The notes under the pieces: model-generated | Seen by the model: the letters and a program-made list of their open reading frames with translations, nothing else | Told to the model about the DNA's origin: nothing | Database searches by the model: none | Translations under genes and position numbers: made by a program | Shown here: positions 1 to 13,508 of the stretch, one piece after another | How the letters are laid out: each line of letters opens with the position of its first letter | Position numbering within the stretch: position 1 is the stretch's first letter | NCBI GenBank assembly: GCA_907165135.1 | Contig: OU015566.1 | Span: forward strand, 7,998,001 to 8,062,000 | Reading direction: 5' to 3' | Origin: Oikopleura dioica | Taxonomy: Eukaryota > Animalia > Chordata | DNA: 64,000 nucleotides

Positions 1-269
1 GCGAAACCTGTCACTCGTAGTTATTTCTTTTTCGAAAAGCTTACAAACCACTTCTGCATAAACACCAGGTATAGTCGGCAATCTGCAGCCTTAGTGGTAA
101 ACAATTTTTATTAAAAGATTAGCTGAACATGTGACTACAGCTCGCTTCTTTGAACTTTCGTCTCAAAAGGCTGAGATTGAAATTTAAATACTGCTGAAAA
201 AAGTATTCGTCTAATGAGTTCAACAGCTCACGGTAATTTGTCAATAATAAGCATGTCAAATAAACTTAC

Positions 270-3200
270 AAAGTACGTTGAGCACGACTTCACGGATAAC
301 AGGCTCATCCAGCGCCTCGTTTCTTCCCTTGCACGTCACGAATTTCTGGTGGTCTTCTTTGGTCGGCTTGAATGTCATTTCGGAGACTGTTGTTTTCACG
401 ACTTCGCCGGAAATGGAATCTGTGCCGTTCATAGACGCTCCTGAAAGTATGTTTTAGCAACAAGTTTATACAGTAGGCAATCTTGATAAGAAAAATCGAG
501 ATAATCTTGAGAGGGGCAAATCGCATTAGAAATGCTTGTAAAACAAGATCATTCTTTGCGTTAGCTGTGTATAAGGAGCATAAAAGCACGTTGTATGAAA
601 ATGTTTCCAGCAGGTGCTAGAACTCGGCAACTCAGAAGCCAGAAGTTATAATAAGCGCAAAGAAGCTGGGGATTCTAACAATGACCCCGCGTGGCGCCGG
701 GCAAATTCCGACTCACGTAAGGAAGTCTTCTGAGCATAAAATTAGGGCCTATCAATGACCACTCGCAATGATGATAATTTTTGGCAGGCTAAAAGGTTTT
801 AGAAACCAAGGAGAAAAATCATGACATCATGTTTTCTGCAAGTCTGGGCAATTCCGTCTTGGTGGTTTAGAAAAGCCAAAAATTTGGCCTGAACCACAAA
901 CAAATATTTCAGAAACCTTTCAAAAAAGCATCTCAAAAAATGATCTTTCTTATGAAAAAGAAAAAAAGGGGGGAAAGGGTTGAAAAATCAGAGTTTCTTT
1001 TTCCACAAAACAAGTGGATTACACCATTTTGAAAGCTGCTCCAACATCTAGCTGACACCTCCGCCACCGCTGAACAATGCTTTTTGAAATATTTTCCTCT
1101 TCCACTCTTTCCTGGCGCTGGGTTTCCTTTTCATTGTCAAACCTAACCGAGCCCGTGATTAGCGGTGATCTCACACAGAACATCATCTCCCAGCGAGTCT
1201 GTTTCTAAACTGGACGCTATCGAGAAAAGGTTGACCCAAGTTCCGTGCATTTTCAATGAAAGCGCGATCATTTCTCAGCCAAAATATCAAACATGAGCCA
1301 GATTGACTGACCAAGGAGTCTACTGGGTAGTCAGATTAATTAATTCGAAACCTCGTTGATGTCACTTTTTTAAGGAAAAAGTCCATTTTTAACAGTTTTT
1401 CCTTTAGTTTAGATAATTCTAATCAAGCGGAGGCTTATAGATAATCAACGGCTGTTAGAATGGATTTTCTAACATGACGATATTCGTGTTATAGACGCGT
1501 AAAGTACGTAACTGGGCGGTACCTCCGGATTTTCGGGAGCGCGAAAATCCGGCCCGATAATATCCCTAAAGATAACCAGTAAGACGGGCGAAATAGCCGA
1601 CTGTTTATTTAGTTAAATACCTCTGCAGAGGTATTTTTAATCGGCTCACATTTTTCGCGAGGAATATTTGTTGCTACTGAATCGGATGAAAATAAACCAA
1701 CAGCTGGATCGAGAATAGTTCTGGCGATGAATTTAGCGAAGAGGAGGTTCAAAGGATTGAAATTTCCAAGTAAGACTTCGCTTCCTCAGAAGAATTGATA
1801 AGTAAGAGGTTATAAGAGGTAAATAGAGCCCACTTCTTCAATGAAAAAATAATGTATTCTGGCCTTGGATGAAAACATTTTTTGTTTAGGCGGGGAGAAG
1901 AGAACCTCTCCCTTGTTCAATTCTTTGACCTTACATCTGATGAATATAAAATGGACAGCTCGATTTTTATTCATTCAGACGCGAAATGAATGTCCAATGC
2001 ATTTTTTACCATAACCAGCTCACGTGATCACGTGATGCATTCCATTCAATCTTTGATGTTTTTCAGGAATTCTTCGAAAATAAAGAATAGAAGGTTCCAG
2101 GTCCCTTGCAAAATTAGGAAGATAAAAGCATTTCTAGCGCCGGGAAAACAGCATAATTACGCGTAGAAGATAACTTCTAAATGATCCGGGGTCTGATCCA
2201 GAAATCCGAGGCGCGGCGGTCAGCTTTTGGCTTGGTACAACTCATGGTCTGGCGACTCATTGGTTTGCTTTCGGCTGTTTTCGTAAATGCGCCCCTAATC
2301 CCCCTCTTTCAGTAGCTATTCTTGAGTTAGTTAGTTTAAACTTGAGACGAAAGAAAAGACTAATAATGATGTTGGTCTACTAGTTACTATTGTCTTTACT
2401 CTGTGGCGTAAACACGCGTTTTCAAGAGAAAGTGAAGAAGAGCCTTGCTATTATGAGCTTTGCGCCCGGGCGATCGTGTCAACTCGTGTTTATCTGACAA
2501 GATCGGAAATACGGAAGGCTCAAAATTACCAACCTTCCAAGACAGCCGCTCTCACGCGAATAGTAATATCCAGCGAAATATTATTATTCTTGACGAAACT
2601 TTCTACAAGACAAGTGTCCTTTCCATCCATCTTCTAAGGGCTTAAACAGCGTAAACCCTTATCTCTGTGAAGAACGCAAAAATTGGCTTAAGGTTGTCTA
2701 CCCCCTTAATCTGACGATAGTTAAGGGTATTATTATGAAAAGGATGTAACCTCGCTTTGATTCTATTATCTTTCGGTTTTCAGCTTTTGAGATTTTCGCG
2801 CGATTTCCTCCCCTTTTAAAGTTGGCGCGAAAATTGACCCGTCGCCAATTTTTCTAGTTGCAAAATTTGGCAATTAGAATTTTAAAATTTTCGGAAGCGA
2901 TTGTCAAACATCACGGCCCAGAGAAAACACGACAAGAGGTCAAATTTGAGCGCTTCCGATAAAAAAACGCCATCACTCGCCTCACGCGGGAAGCAGTTAA
3001 ATGCTTCCGGGACAAGGTCAAACTTTCGGAAGAAAGCTGGAGGCCTTCAAAAAATTATCCAAAGAAAATTTTAACGCGCCCTTTCACAGCTTCCTGCGTA
3101 GACATTCCTGGCTATTCTTTCTAAAGCCGGTAGTATTTTAGCTGCTCTGTTTAGACTTTCTCAGCCTCTAATGAATAAGGGTATACCGTCCGTTAGAAAG

Positions 3201-6200
3201 ATACAGACTCGTGGAAACAAACGCAGTCGTAATTACCGCCCTAGAAAAAGAAAAGAGAAGAGTCGGCGGATTTATGCTTTGAACGAGAACTTCCGGCCAC
3301 CGAAACTGATTTCTCTTTAAAAGAGAGCTCTAGAAAACGCGAAAGTTTAAGTTAGATAGTAGTTTGCAAACATAGATTTATTCAAAACATCTCTCAACGT
3401 GCCTCAACCCTTTTTTTTGCCAGCAAGGTTGTCAACGCGGGGGACAGTTAACATGACAGGTCCCGTTTTTCTCACACCTGATTTCTGAATCCGAGATTTA
3501 TCGCTGCTCCAACAGGAAAAGAAATGGAGTTTAAAAGATGTTCAGAGGAAGGCGGAAATGGTTCAGAACCGAGAAGAGCGTGAAATCTGGGATTCATTCA
3601 ACACGTTACGCGGAGGCAATTTTCGACATAATTTTAGACTCTTCCCAGTTTTATTGAATTATAACTACGAATTAATCGCTCTTTGACAGCTCACCAAAAA
3701 CGATTAAATTTGCTGAGATTCGAGCAAAGCCTTTTAAAATTCAATACAAGTCTTGATCAATGATCAATCTATTTTTTTACCTGATAAAGACCAGTCAAGA
3801 GCAGTAGCAGGCTTGGAAGAACTAGCAACACACCGCAATTTCGTAGCTTCGCCCTCAACGACGGAGAGCACGCCAGTTTTCTCGTCAAGCTCGGGCCATC
3901 TGTTGCCCCGACCGTCGGACACGGGAAACATGCTCACATCTTGTGGCGGTTGGAGAACTGTAAGATGCGCTTGGCGGGAGCGGAGCTGGTGCTTCGTGAC
4001 TTGGCACTCGAATGTTGCTTCGTCTTCGATTTGGACATCGTCGATTGTCAGAGAGTAATCTGAGGAAATTGAATAAATCTGATTCTGTTTGAAATTCTTA
4101 CCTTTGTTGTCTCCTGCTTTTTGGGTAAATCTTTCAATTCCAAGTGGAGGAAAACCAAGAGCAAAGTACCCCCTTTCGGTAGATCCCTTGAGCCATTGAA
4201 CCGAGTTCTTGTCCTTGCTGGGAAGTCCATCAACTGCACATGGAAGGGTGACGGTTTCGCCAACAATCGCCCTGACCGGCAGCGGCTCGTCAATTATCGA
4301 TATTGAAGACCACGCGCTGCCTGAAAGAAAAATAAGTTAAAGAGCGGTAGGTTAAAGCTGTCGTGGTTAAATTTCGTCCCGAGCGCATCTGTAGAATGCG
4401 TCTTCGAGGAAAATCAGCTGTTGTTTTTGAGATAACAGAATTTTTTATTAGAAAAACATGAAAACTTGCATTTTTCGATGTTTAGAAAAAAGTTCTTTCT
4501 TTTTAGAAAAAAGTCCAAAAATCTGCTCTTTCTAAAAAACGGCATTTTCAGGGCCCGTGGAAAATTCGTGAGATAAGGGTGGATATGCTGTGGGAAAAGG
4601 AGCCTAGGGTAGATAAAATTATGATGAATGGAAAATGGCACCGTTCATCCTTAGTCCTGGCTTACGAATTATGGTGATGGTTAGACGGACTGGCACAGCG
4701 GGGGATCGGGAAAAGATGTGATAAAGGGATAAGAAAAGCGCTCAGCAGAGGCCCGTTTGTCCGGCTTGGGTATCTCCCTGTTCCCTAAGGCTTCGAGTGC
4801 TTACGGAAAAGTAGAAAATAAATAAGGGCAATAAGCATGTATATTGCAAGAAATTGAACACCGTAACTGGGAAAAGCCTCCCGCACTTTGTCGCATGAAA
4901 ACGACACTTAGTTCTTTATTGAGCATTTACTGACCGCCAAAGGCCCTAGAATCGTGTTCTTACTTTTTAGAATTGAAAAATAACGACAAGACTACATGTA
5001 TTTCTATTCTGAAAAAGTGACATTTTGAGACGATTTCTCAAAAAATCCATCTTTGTCAAGAAGCCGCAAAAAACGCCTGTCTAAAAGCGATAACGCCAGC
5101 TTGAAAAATTCGATCAATCTATTTTGTAATCACTTGTTTTTTCTTATATTTTTAAATAACGATATCTTGGGGACTTGGAGTTTTTTTTTTGAATCATAGA
5201 TTTTTGTAAACATTTTGGCTTTGAAAGATTGAGATAAAGAAAATATCGCGTGTTGTTTTTCTTGTTTATATAAAAAAAGAAGGACTAAGAGCGAGGTCCT
5301 CAGAGCGATTCGGGCACGCGCCTGCGGGCAAAAAGCCAGGAATATAGACGCCGCAGGTGCTCAATACATGAATTAACTAACTACTGTACAGGGCATGGAG
5401 CCAACTCGGGCGGAAGACGCTCTCAGAAGGCGGCTGAGCTTTTGTTTGAGAAGTTAATGAGGATTAACCGATCAATACAGCGGCTAAAAATTATCATAAT
5501 GTTTTCATTTCCGGAAAAGAGATTCAATAGCCACGAGCGGAAAGGGCCACGCTTTGGGAACATACAGGACAATTAAAAAAATGACAGAGCCATCTTACAG
5601 TGACTCGCTTTGTTTGAACCACCTGGCTAGCTGGGACAATAAAATTATGAAAAAACCATAATCGTATGTGAGAAAGCTAACATGAGGATCTGACGATTTT
5701 ATAACCCTTTTTCACCTGCTTCGAGCTAGAAAACTTGCCAGATGCTTCCTCTCTTTACTATGGTCGTTTCTGATCAAAAATTGGCGTAATGCCTTATTAA
5801 CCAAATCAAACAAAATTGGCTCCATTTTTAGGCACACAGCATGACACCATAAGTGCGTTCTTATGAAAAGAGTTAGGCGACCTAGCCAAATTAGAAAATT
5901 GGAGCAACTACAAAAATTAGCCTCACAATAGAGGCTAAAATTTTCAGCCCTATTTTAGCCCCCCGTACCAACAATTATGCGGATTACGAACTATTTCCCC
6001 AGCTGGGCGACAAAAAAAGTTTTTGTTTTCTCGACAAACTTTTCAACCCTTATGCAAATCTTAAGACAGAGCAAATACGGAACCCATTTAGACGGAAAGA
6101 GATTTCTGGGTCGCCAGTTTTAACATTTGGAAATGTGTACCTAGATAGGGCTTATCGCAGCTGCGTTCATAACCAACCTAGGAAAGAAAATGGTAAAGGA

Positions 6201-8314
6201 TCGTAGGGGGTTTACTACGTCCTGTCACAAATTTCGCGAATTTCGGAGGCCGTAATAAATACGCACGATTTTCCGCGATTTTTATGTTGACGAGCCTGCG
6301 ATGATAAGTATCATGGGAAACGAGTGTGAGTGTGAGTGAAAGAGCATAAAAATTGTATAAACTAATTTGGCTGGAGAAGAGTAAACTCCAATAAAAATAC
6401 GCATATGGCGACTGATCAAGATTTGAGGGCTGTCGAAATGCGCTACTAAAAATGTCGTTCTCTGGCGGCCTTGAATTACGGCCGCTTGTCCGAAAAAATG
6501 GGATACAAATAAAAATGGGATGAAAAAAATTGAGGATAATTTTCAGCCGGAAATTGTCCCCGTGTGATCCTAAAAAGAATCATATTTGGACAACATAAGG
6601 GTCGATAAAATTTTGCATAGAAAGAAAATTACTTTATGGAAAGAGTAGACTATATTTAGAAATGGGAGGGAAGGCGTAAATATGCGTGGATTATTTTCAT
6701 TATGTGATAGTAAATATCGCGCAAATTAGAAGCAGGATTTTGAATCTACGGAAATTGGTGTCGATTAAAAATTTTTATTTTCACACGGGTCAAATCGGCG
6801 CGAAAATTGACTTGAACAAACGGAAGTAATTGTATTTTCTGAGAACAAAATCAATTCTAGCGAGCTGTTACCATTCTTTCTTTTTGAGATTCCGTTGAAA
6901 AAAAAGAAAATTTCATCGATTTTGGCTTGACAAGTTTCAAGAGGAAAATCGGATCAAGAGCAGGCTGCCACTGTCTAGCCATCTGTAACATTTCGGTGCT
7001 TGTCACATTTAGCGCCCAAACACTATCGGAATTATTAATTAGCAAATGAGGGTGCGTCTGGGCCATTACTGTAACGCTGCCTGTTTTAGAAAGGCGAAAG
7101 ATGAAGGAGAATTTTCGGCGATTATCGACAGATCTGACGATTTTCGCGTCGAATATGGCACCTTGGGTACTTCAGGGCCTGATTTTCTACAGTCAATCTT
7201 CAAAATAAGACCACCTAAGGGCGTCTTCGTAGGTCAAAGAGTAAATTTTGAATATTTGAAATTGGTAAAGAGTTTAATCATCAATTTTCCACCCTTTCTG
7301 GCAACGATGAAATTCGCCATGAAAAAACTTTTGACCGTGAACCATGTAAGGTCAATTGGCAATAAGAGTCGCCCGCCAGGAAAAGACTTGGCTTTGCTGA
7401 ATTTGAGATTTGTTCATAATTTTGTTGATTCGATCCGAACTTGACCTAATGGTAGAAAAGTCGTTTCAGGTCAGACTTTTGTCAAGAAATTAAAGGGTTG
7501 CTAAGAGCGCTTACTAAATATTCACCATCGCGAGATATTTTTCAGATACTTTTTTAATATTTAAAATGTGTTCAAATCTGTTTTTGATACAAATTGACTC
7601 TGACATAGAAGGTACATTGTATCTGACTGTATATTCAATATCTCTTTATTTCGGCTTAAAGATGAATTGTTTTTGGCTCGAAAGTCTTCAAATGTTGACT
7701 CAGAAACATGGATCAAAAGAGGGCCTTTTCAACCCTAAAATACAGCTTTCTAGTTTTTCTAGCACAGCTGATTTTCGAATCTTCAATTGAAAAATTTTCA
7801 CCTTCGACCTTTCCGACAATCACGTGATTACGCTCTAGCAAAAAAGAACAAGGGCGGTGAAAAACTCGCGCAAAGAAAATAAAGCTCCAAATTTGCGCAT
7901 AAATGGATTCGGACTAAAATAACAAGCTTTCACAGCCCCTGCACTTCTTATATAGGCACTGATATAAAAAGCCATCCGTTTGACCTTTTTTCCCAGAGGC
8001 CGAAAAAAGTCGCATTCTCGATTAGCTCATTTTGCCTTTCAAAAGCGCGTTTTGTTTTGCGCCCTTCCCACATCATTTCCATTTTCCGTCTCCCTTCCGT
8101 CCGAGCTGACCGTAAAAATCAAACACATTCGTAAAAAAGAAGCTTTCTAAGGGATCTACAAAAACAATAAAAAGAAAATTAGAATAATGAAATTTAAAAA
8201 GCGGGTTTTTTCCGGCAGATTTTAGACCTTTTTCGGCCGAAAAAAATTATTTTTTATCGATTTGGGCAAATTCTAGCGTGTTTTCTTACCGATAAGCAGG
8301 GAGGAAATCTTCAT
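270..8314 (-). CDS. KIRREL: KIRREL/nephrin-like Ig-superfamily adhesion protein, 5' part (exons 8314-8290, 4320-4102, 4059-3781, 440-270; continues past the left edge)
   Basis: GT-AG exons join in consistent phase: MKISSLLIG|SAWSSISIIDEPLPVRAIVGETVTLPC...QWLKG...|DYSLTIDDVQIEDEATFECQVTKHQLRSRQAHLTVLQPP...LRCVASSSKPATALDW|...TTVSEMTFKPTKEDHQKFVTCKGRNEALDEPVIREVVLNVL. This is a signal peptide plus V-set and C2-set Ig domains. LRSRQAHLTVL resembles KIRREL1 LRSRRAKLTVL. Confidence 0.8.
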
Positions 8315-11300
8315 ATTTCTGTTCTTTCAAGTGTTTTTTCGTATTTTTCTTCGTATTTTTGTCGTTTTCTTTTGAAAATCTCTTTGTTATAAAAATCACC
8401 GTTTCGTCTGAGCTCTAACTGCGTTTGGTTTTTTGATTATAAAAAAATGTTTTCTGTTTAGTTCATCATTGAAAACAATCTGAATTAGGGCTTTAGCGTG
8501 ACGTACCGCGCCAGTTGCGCATCTTCCGCCGCCGAGTTGCGCGTGCGCCGACCAGCGCCATCCAGCGGCACGCGAGGCGGGTAAAGAGCGCCGCCAACGA
8601 ATGCAGCTACTAACGAAGGGGAAAGAAGAGGGATGGCAGGAGAGGTCTGCTTCGTGAGGGGATTCTCGGGAGATGAAAAGATGGCAATTAAACATCTTCT
8701 GATAGTACCGTCATTTATATTCAAATCGTCATTTTTATGGGTTTTTTATTATAATTAAAATCGCTCTTTCATTAATTCGAAGCCATCAGAACTTACTTCA
8801 GTCGAAAATTAATAATTTTTACTTGAGAGAGCCTCAATAATTCTTGAATTTTAATTTTGTTTTATGATCAAATTTTCGAGCATTTCCGTCTTTTAAAAGA
8901 AAGTTGAGCAGTTATAAACCGCTTTTTCATGTCTCTTCTGGCCAATTTTCCTTTTTTTGCAATAAACGTTTTAAAATGTTAAAAGTTGAAAAATTCCATT
9001 CCGTAATACAAAACACAGTGAAAACACGCGAATTTCCCATTCCGCCCATTTGGAATTGAGGAGCTCGCTTTCCCTGGTTCTCTTTCCCGCTGAGGCCAGC
9101 TACTCAATCACATTCAGTGACCTTCCTCGCCTCACTTTGTCGTTCTTTCTTCCCCAAGTTCAATTCGACTAAGAAAAATATGCTCTGAGGTTCAATAAAG
9201 ATGGCGATTATCGTCTGAGATGATTAAGACTACAAGGCAATTAGTAAAAAAAGGGTCGGATCAAGGTCTTACATATGTAAAACAAATTCAACTCCGACTT
9301 GACTGAATTTTGAATATTTGAATATTCTGCTAATAACCTGGGAAAAGGCAGCTTGTATTACTATAATTTCCTGGGGTCACTGTTAGAGATGTTCGATTCA
9401 AGTATCAAGGTACGACGGGTCAACTGCGGCTAAATCATTAATTAGTAGCTCTAACAAAGTGGCAACTAAATAATAAAGAGTTGAGAATTTGAACTTATTT
9501 TTTGTAACGTCTGTTTTGGTCTTGAAAGAACCGCTAGAAATTATTTTTTTTGCATTCTTTTCAACCGAGGTGTTTCTCCTGCTCGCCCGCGCAAGAAATC
9601 AGCTGCGGGGAACAATTTTTTTTAATCAACTGAGAATGCGATTTCTTTCTTTTTGGAAATTCGGGGACACGCGCTGGAATCACGAAAATCTGGACGGGAA
9701 CAACAATGGCATGGGGAGAGAAAAATAAATATGGTACAACGGAATTGAGGGGCGCTTTTGTCAGCTGACGCGTGTTTGGTTTTATGTTCTATGCGGGAGA
9801 TATGCAGGAAGTAAGAGCGACTACTGTAGAGGATCATCAGATGTGGAGGGAACCATAAGACTTTGAAGCGATGATTTTTTTCATATTTTTAAATTAAGAA
9901 TATTCTCGATCAAGACACTAAAGTACATCCAGGAATTACACAGCCGAATTCATGATAAATTGAAGCAAAATAAATTATTGTCCATAAAATTGCAAAACAA
10001 GTGCATCAGCTGTTATAATCAGCGTCTTCAGAGCCTGTCGCGTGCGCTGGCGGCCGCTAAACCCGAACGAGTGGGTTAACGATAACCATCATCAATGGCG
10101 GCGGGAGTATAGCTCCCGCTGTGTAATTGATATGCAGATATCAGTCTAATAGCGACCGGTTTACCCTAGAGACCATTATCCGGCGCCTTTTCCCGGATAT
10201 GCAGATACCAATAAAGCCGCGAGATGTTAAGGGGGTACCCGTTGAGCCGAATTCACGATAACTACTCATCTGAATAAAAACATGCAATCTGGCAGTACTT
10301 CAAAGACAAACTTATGCATAAAATTTTTAGTGATAGACAAAAAAGCCCCTTGAGAAAAGAAACTTAAGAACTTAGATAACACAACTATTCTTAAAAAAAT
10401 TTACTCATCAAGAATCGAGCAAGCGTAAAAATCTAACTGAATTTCCGTTCGAATTTAAAATCGCTTTTTATCAGCATATGTCAAGGATAATCCCTACTAC
10501 CTTGACAATTTTGCACGCGACGGGGTGCCAGCCTCTCTCGGTCACCTGCTGAGCTCATGACAGTCTGAAAATCCACTCAAGTGCTGGCTCAATAGCCAGG
10601 TTGATTTCGACCCCTGCAAATAGTAGCTCTTAAATTTACGAGCATAGGTGCTACGGAACTATAAGCTCATCAGCCGCGTCATATATGGGGCCCTTAAAAT
10701 CGCAGGGAAGAAATTCCACCGTCGTAAAATGATCACTTGAGTTTTATGGGTACGGGGAAATGAGAGGGAGTCGAAGTTTTGATTTGATTGAGATTTCGGG
10801 TATTGAAAATATAACGTCTCTTTTGAGTGTAAACAATGACAACTATAAAATCTCCGCCCGGAATTAATTATTTACGGAAATTATTACGGAAGTTTTCCTT
10901 CTAAAGCTTGACCAGCAAAGTAGAGCCAATAAACGATTTTTTTATGAAATTGCAAGCCAACACAAATCAGAATCGCGAATAAATCAGCCCTCCGTTTATA
11001 AATGAAGCTCCCGGAGTCGCAAACAAACCAACCGGATATTGACCGCGCCATTTATAAACACGCACTTTTCAAACTCTCTCCCTTGAAAGAGGATATCCTC
11101 CGCTACCGACCAAGTTCAAGGAGCAGTGGCTAGAAAATTCACCTATTCAGGTAGACTTGGCTTTGTTATGTCTGCACATGAATTTGGTCGAGGGAAGCTC
11201 TCGGAAGAGTATACAGTCAGTTTTCTTGCAAAATACACTTCAGAAGCCAAGATCAGCGGAGGTATTATACAGCTAAGAAAATACACCTCTGAAGAAGATA

Positions 11301-12522
11301 GATGAAATTCTGTTTTTACAAAGAATCGGTCGGAAAATCTTGGACCAAGATTCTTGGTTGTTTGTCGAAGATTGACAATTTTCGATTGATTATGTTCGTA
11401 TTTTGGGTAATTTTATATTTAACACCAAAAGTGGGTCCTGTTTTTCTCAGATTTTCCGCTCGATTAGGCGCGTTCTGTCTAAGCACTTCCTATTTTTCTG
11501 CAAATTGGAGTTGACAATCCCCATTTTCCAGTCGACTTACTTTCCATTTTCACGAAAATCTGGCCGTGTTAAAATTGGCTCGCTTGCCCATTGACCTCAA
11601 ATTGCGCCAAACAAAAAAACGCGATGCTAATTCAGCAAAGCAGGAAGTCCTCGGCTGCGGATTTCCTCGCGCTACTTATCGCCTCGCCGGAGTACTTCTT
11701 CCATAAACCTCGTTTTTGATCAGCTGCCAGCGAGGGTTAAATATTTACTGCGCAGAAAAAGTATCGTTGATGTTGGTAAGCTCTGTGGTTGAGAATTATG
11801 CGTGCTGCATTACTGTCATATTTAAAATATTGTTGACGAGCAAATTGAAGACTTGCTCGTCTAAACATGGAATTCTAGCGTTGAAAGCAGTGCACTTGTT
11901 TCGGTATTCCCTCGAAAATATCTTCATATTTAGTTCACTCAACAATGTTTGTTTCTTACATTCTCCGACAAGCCCCCCATCCCTTATATCTTGAAATCCG
12001 ACACTCGAGTTGTCGGAAAACAAGCGCTCTTCAAAGTGTTCAAAAATATTTTGCACTCATGCTGCTCAAGAACCAGTAAATAATAAAAAGGAAGAAGTCC
12101 CTCAGTTATTTCTTTTGTCCGCCTCTCAATTGCCAAAATATTCGTATAAATAATATTTCGCCTCTAGAATTATTTAGGGTTTAAATTCGTTGATCCTTCG
12201 CGACTTGTTTGCACCCAAGTCAATGGCTTTCCGGCTATGCGTTCATCTTTTATGAAAGCTGAATTAACACTTAGCCTACTTAGAAAGCGACTGCTGGAGA
12301 AGTGCAGAATTAAGGGCCTTCAGCCTTTTGCTTTATTGTTCGACCAAGAGATCAAATATTAGATCAGAGGCGAACAAATGAGTTCATGCGTTCGATTTTA
12401 AACCCTCTATAAAAATAAAGATACACCAATTTTGAGGTTATATCAGGGTTAAAAAGCGAGGGTTTTGATAAGGCTACGGAACCCGTACTACAGATCTTTA
12501 TTTAGGGTAGCTATTAGATAAG

Positions 12523-13243
12523 TTTCGAAAAATGTTTTCAGGCCAAAAAATCACTTTTTAACTGTTAGTGCCATCTTCACCGCCGCCTCAAACCGAGTCG
12601 AACGGTATATGTATCGCTTGAAAATTCTAGAGTTTCGGGTACTTCCGGTCAAATTTACGAAATTCTAGTATTCCACTGCCGTTTTTGATACAGAAATGGT
12701 ACTATGGCATATAGCATGTCAAAATGACCGCTAGGACGTGAGGAGTGCAGGGGTCTCAAAAAATAAGTACTTTTGCAAAGAAAAGTACCTAAAAATAATT
12801 ATTTTGAGATTTTTTAGCACTAAAAATATCAATTATTAATTTTTTCGGGAAGAAAGCAGATGGATAATCAAGTTTTATCTCTTATAAATAAATCTACAAA
12901 GAAAACTATATTTAAATCGAAAATTTCTTGAAATTTGATATTTTTAGTGCTAAAAATCTCAAAATAATTATTTTTAGGTACTTTTCTTTTCAAAAGTACT
13001 TATTTTTTGAGACCCCTGCACTCCTCACGTCCTAGCGGTCATTTTGACATGCTATATGCCATAGTACCATTTCTGTATCAAAAACGGCAGTGGAATACTA
13101 GAATTTCGTAAATTTGACCGGAAGCACCCGAAACTATAGAATTTTCAAGCGATACATATACCGTTCGACTCGGTTTGAGGCGGCGGTGAAGATGGCACTT
13201 ACAGTTAAAAAGTGATTTTTTGGCCTGAAAAAATTTTTCGAAA
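12523..13243. mobile_element. Long near-perfect inverted repeat (arms ~310 bp, AT-rich spacer ~100 bp); foldback/MITE-like element
   Basis: 12523-12832 is the reverse complement of 12935-13243 with only a few mismatches. No ORF and no clear TSD. Confidence 0.8.
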
Positions 13244-13333
13244 ATCATCTTAGAGATAGTTATGAAAATGAGCCTGAAAAATGAGTAGATTTAGATTTGC
13301 ATTCAGCTGATTTAGCCATTACCAATGATCTAC

Positions 13334-13508
13334 GCTCGGCAACCTGTGTAGAAAACCTGAGTCAGGTTCTGAAGAGCTTAAATAAAAAGCCGCACAGCGG
13401 CTTTTAAACGAAGCCGCGAAGCGGCTTCGCTAATATTACAAATACAATCTATCAAAAATTAAAGCGAACCTGCGTTGCGGCTTCAGAACCTGACTCAGGT
13501 TGCCGAGC
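13334..13508. mobile_element. Short MITE (family A, copy 1)
   Basis: Perfect 20-bp inverted repeat ACCTGAGTCAGGTTCTGAAG (13355-13374) / CTTCAGAACCTGACTCAGGT (13481-13500), with outer GCTCGGCAACCTG / CAGGTTGCCGAGC. The same terminal motif occurs at 54610-54736. Confidence 0.65.

Noticed and set aside
6857-7444. 132-aa and 69-aa ORFs in KIRREL intron 1
   Set aside because: No motifs, and composition is typical of intronic sequence.
11796-12056. 86-aa minus ORF (MQNIFEHFEERLF...) that looks protein-like
   Set aside because: No recognisable motif, no convincing splice partners, and isolated in non-coding DNA.
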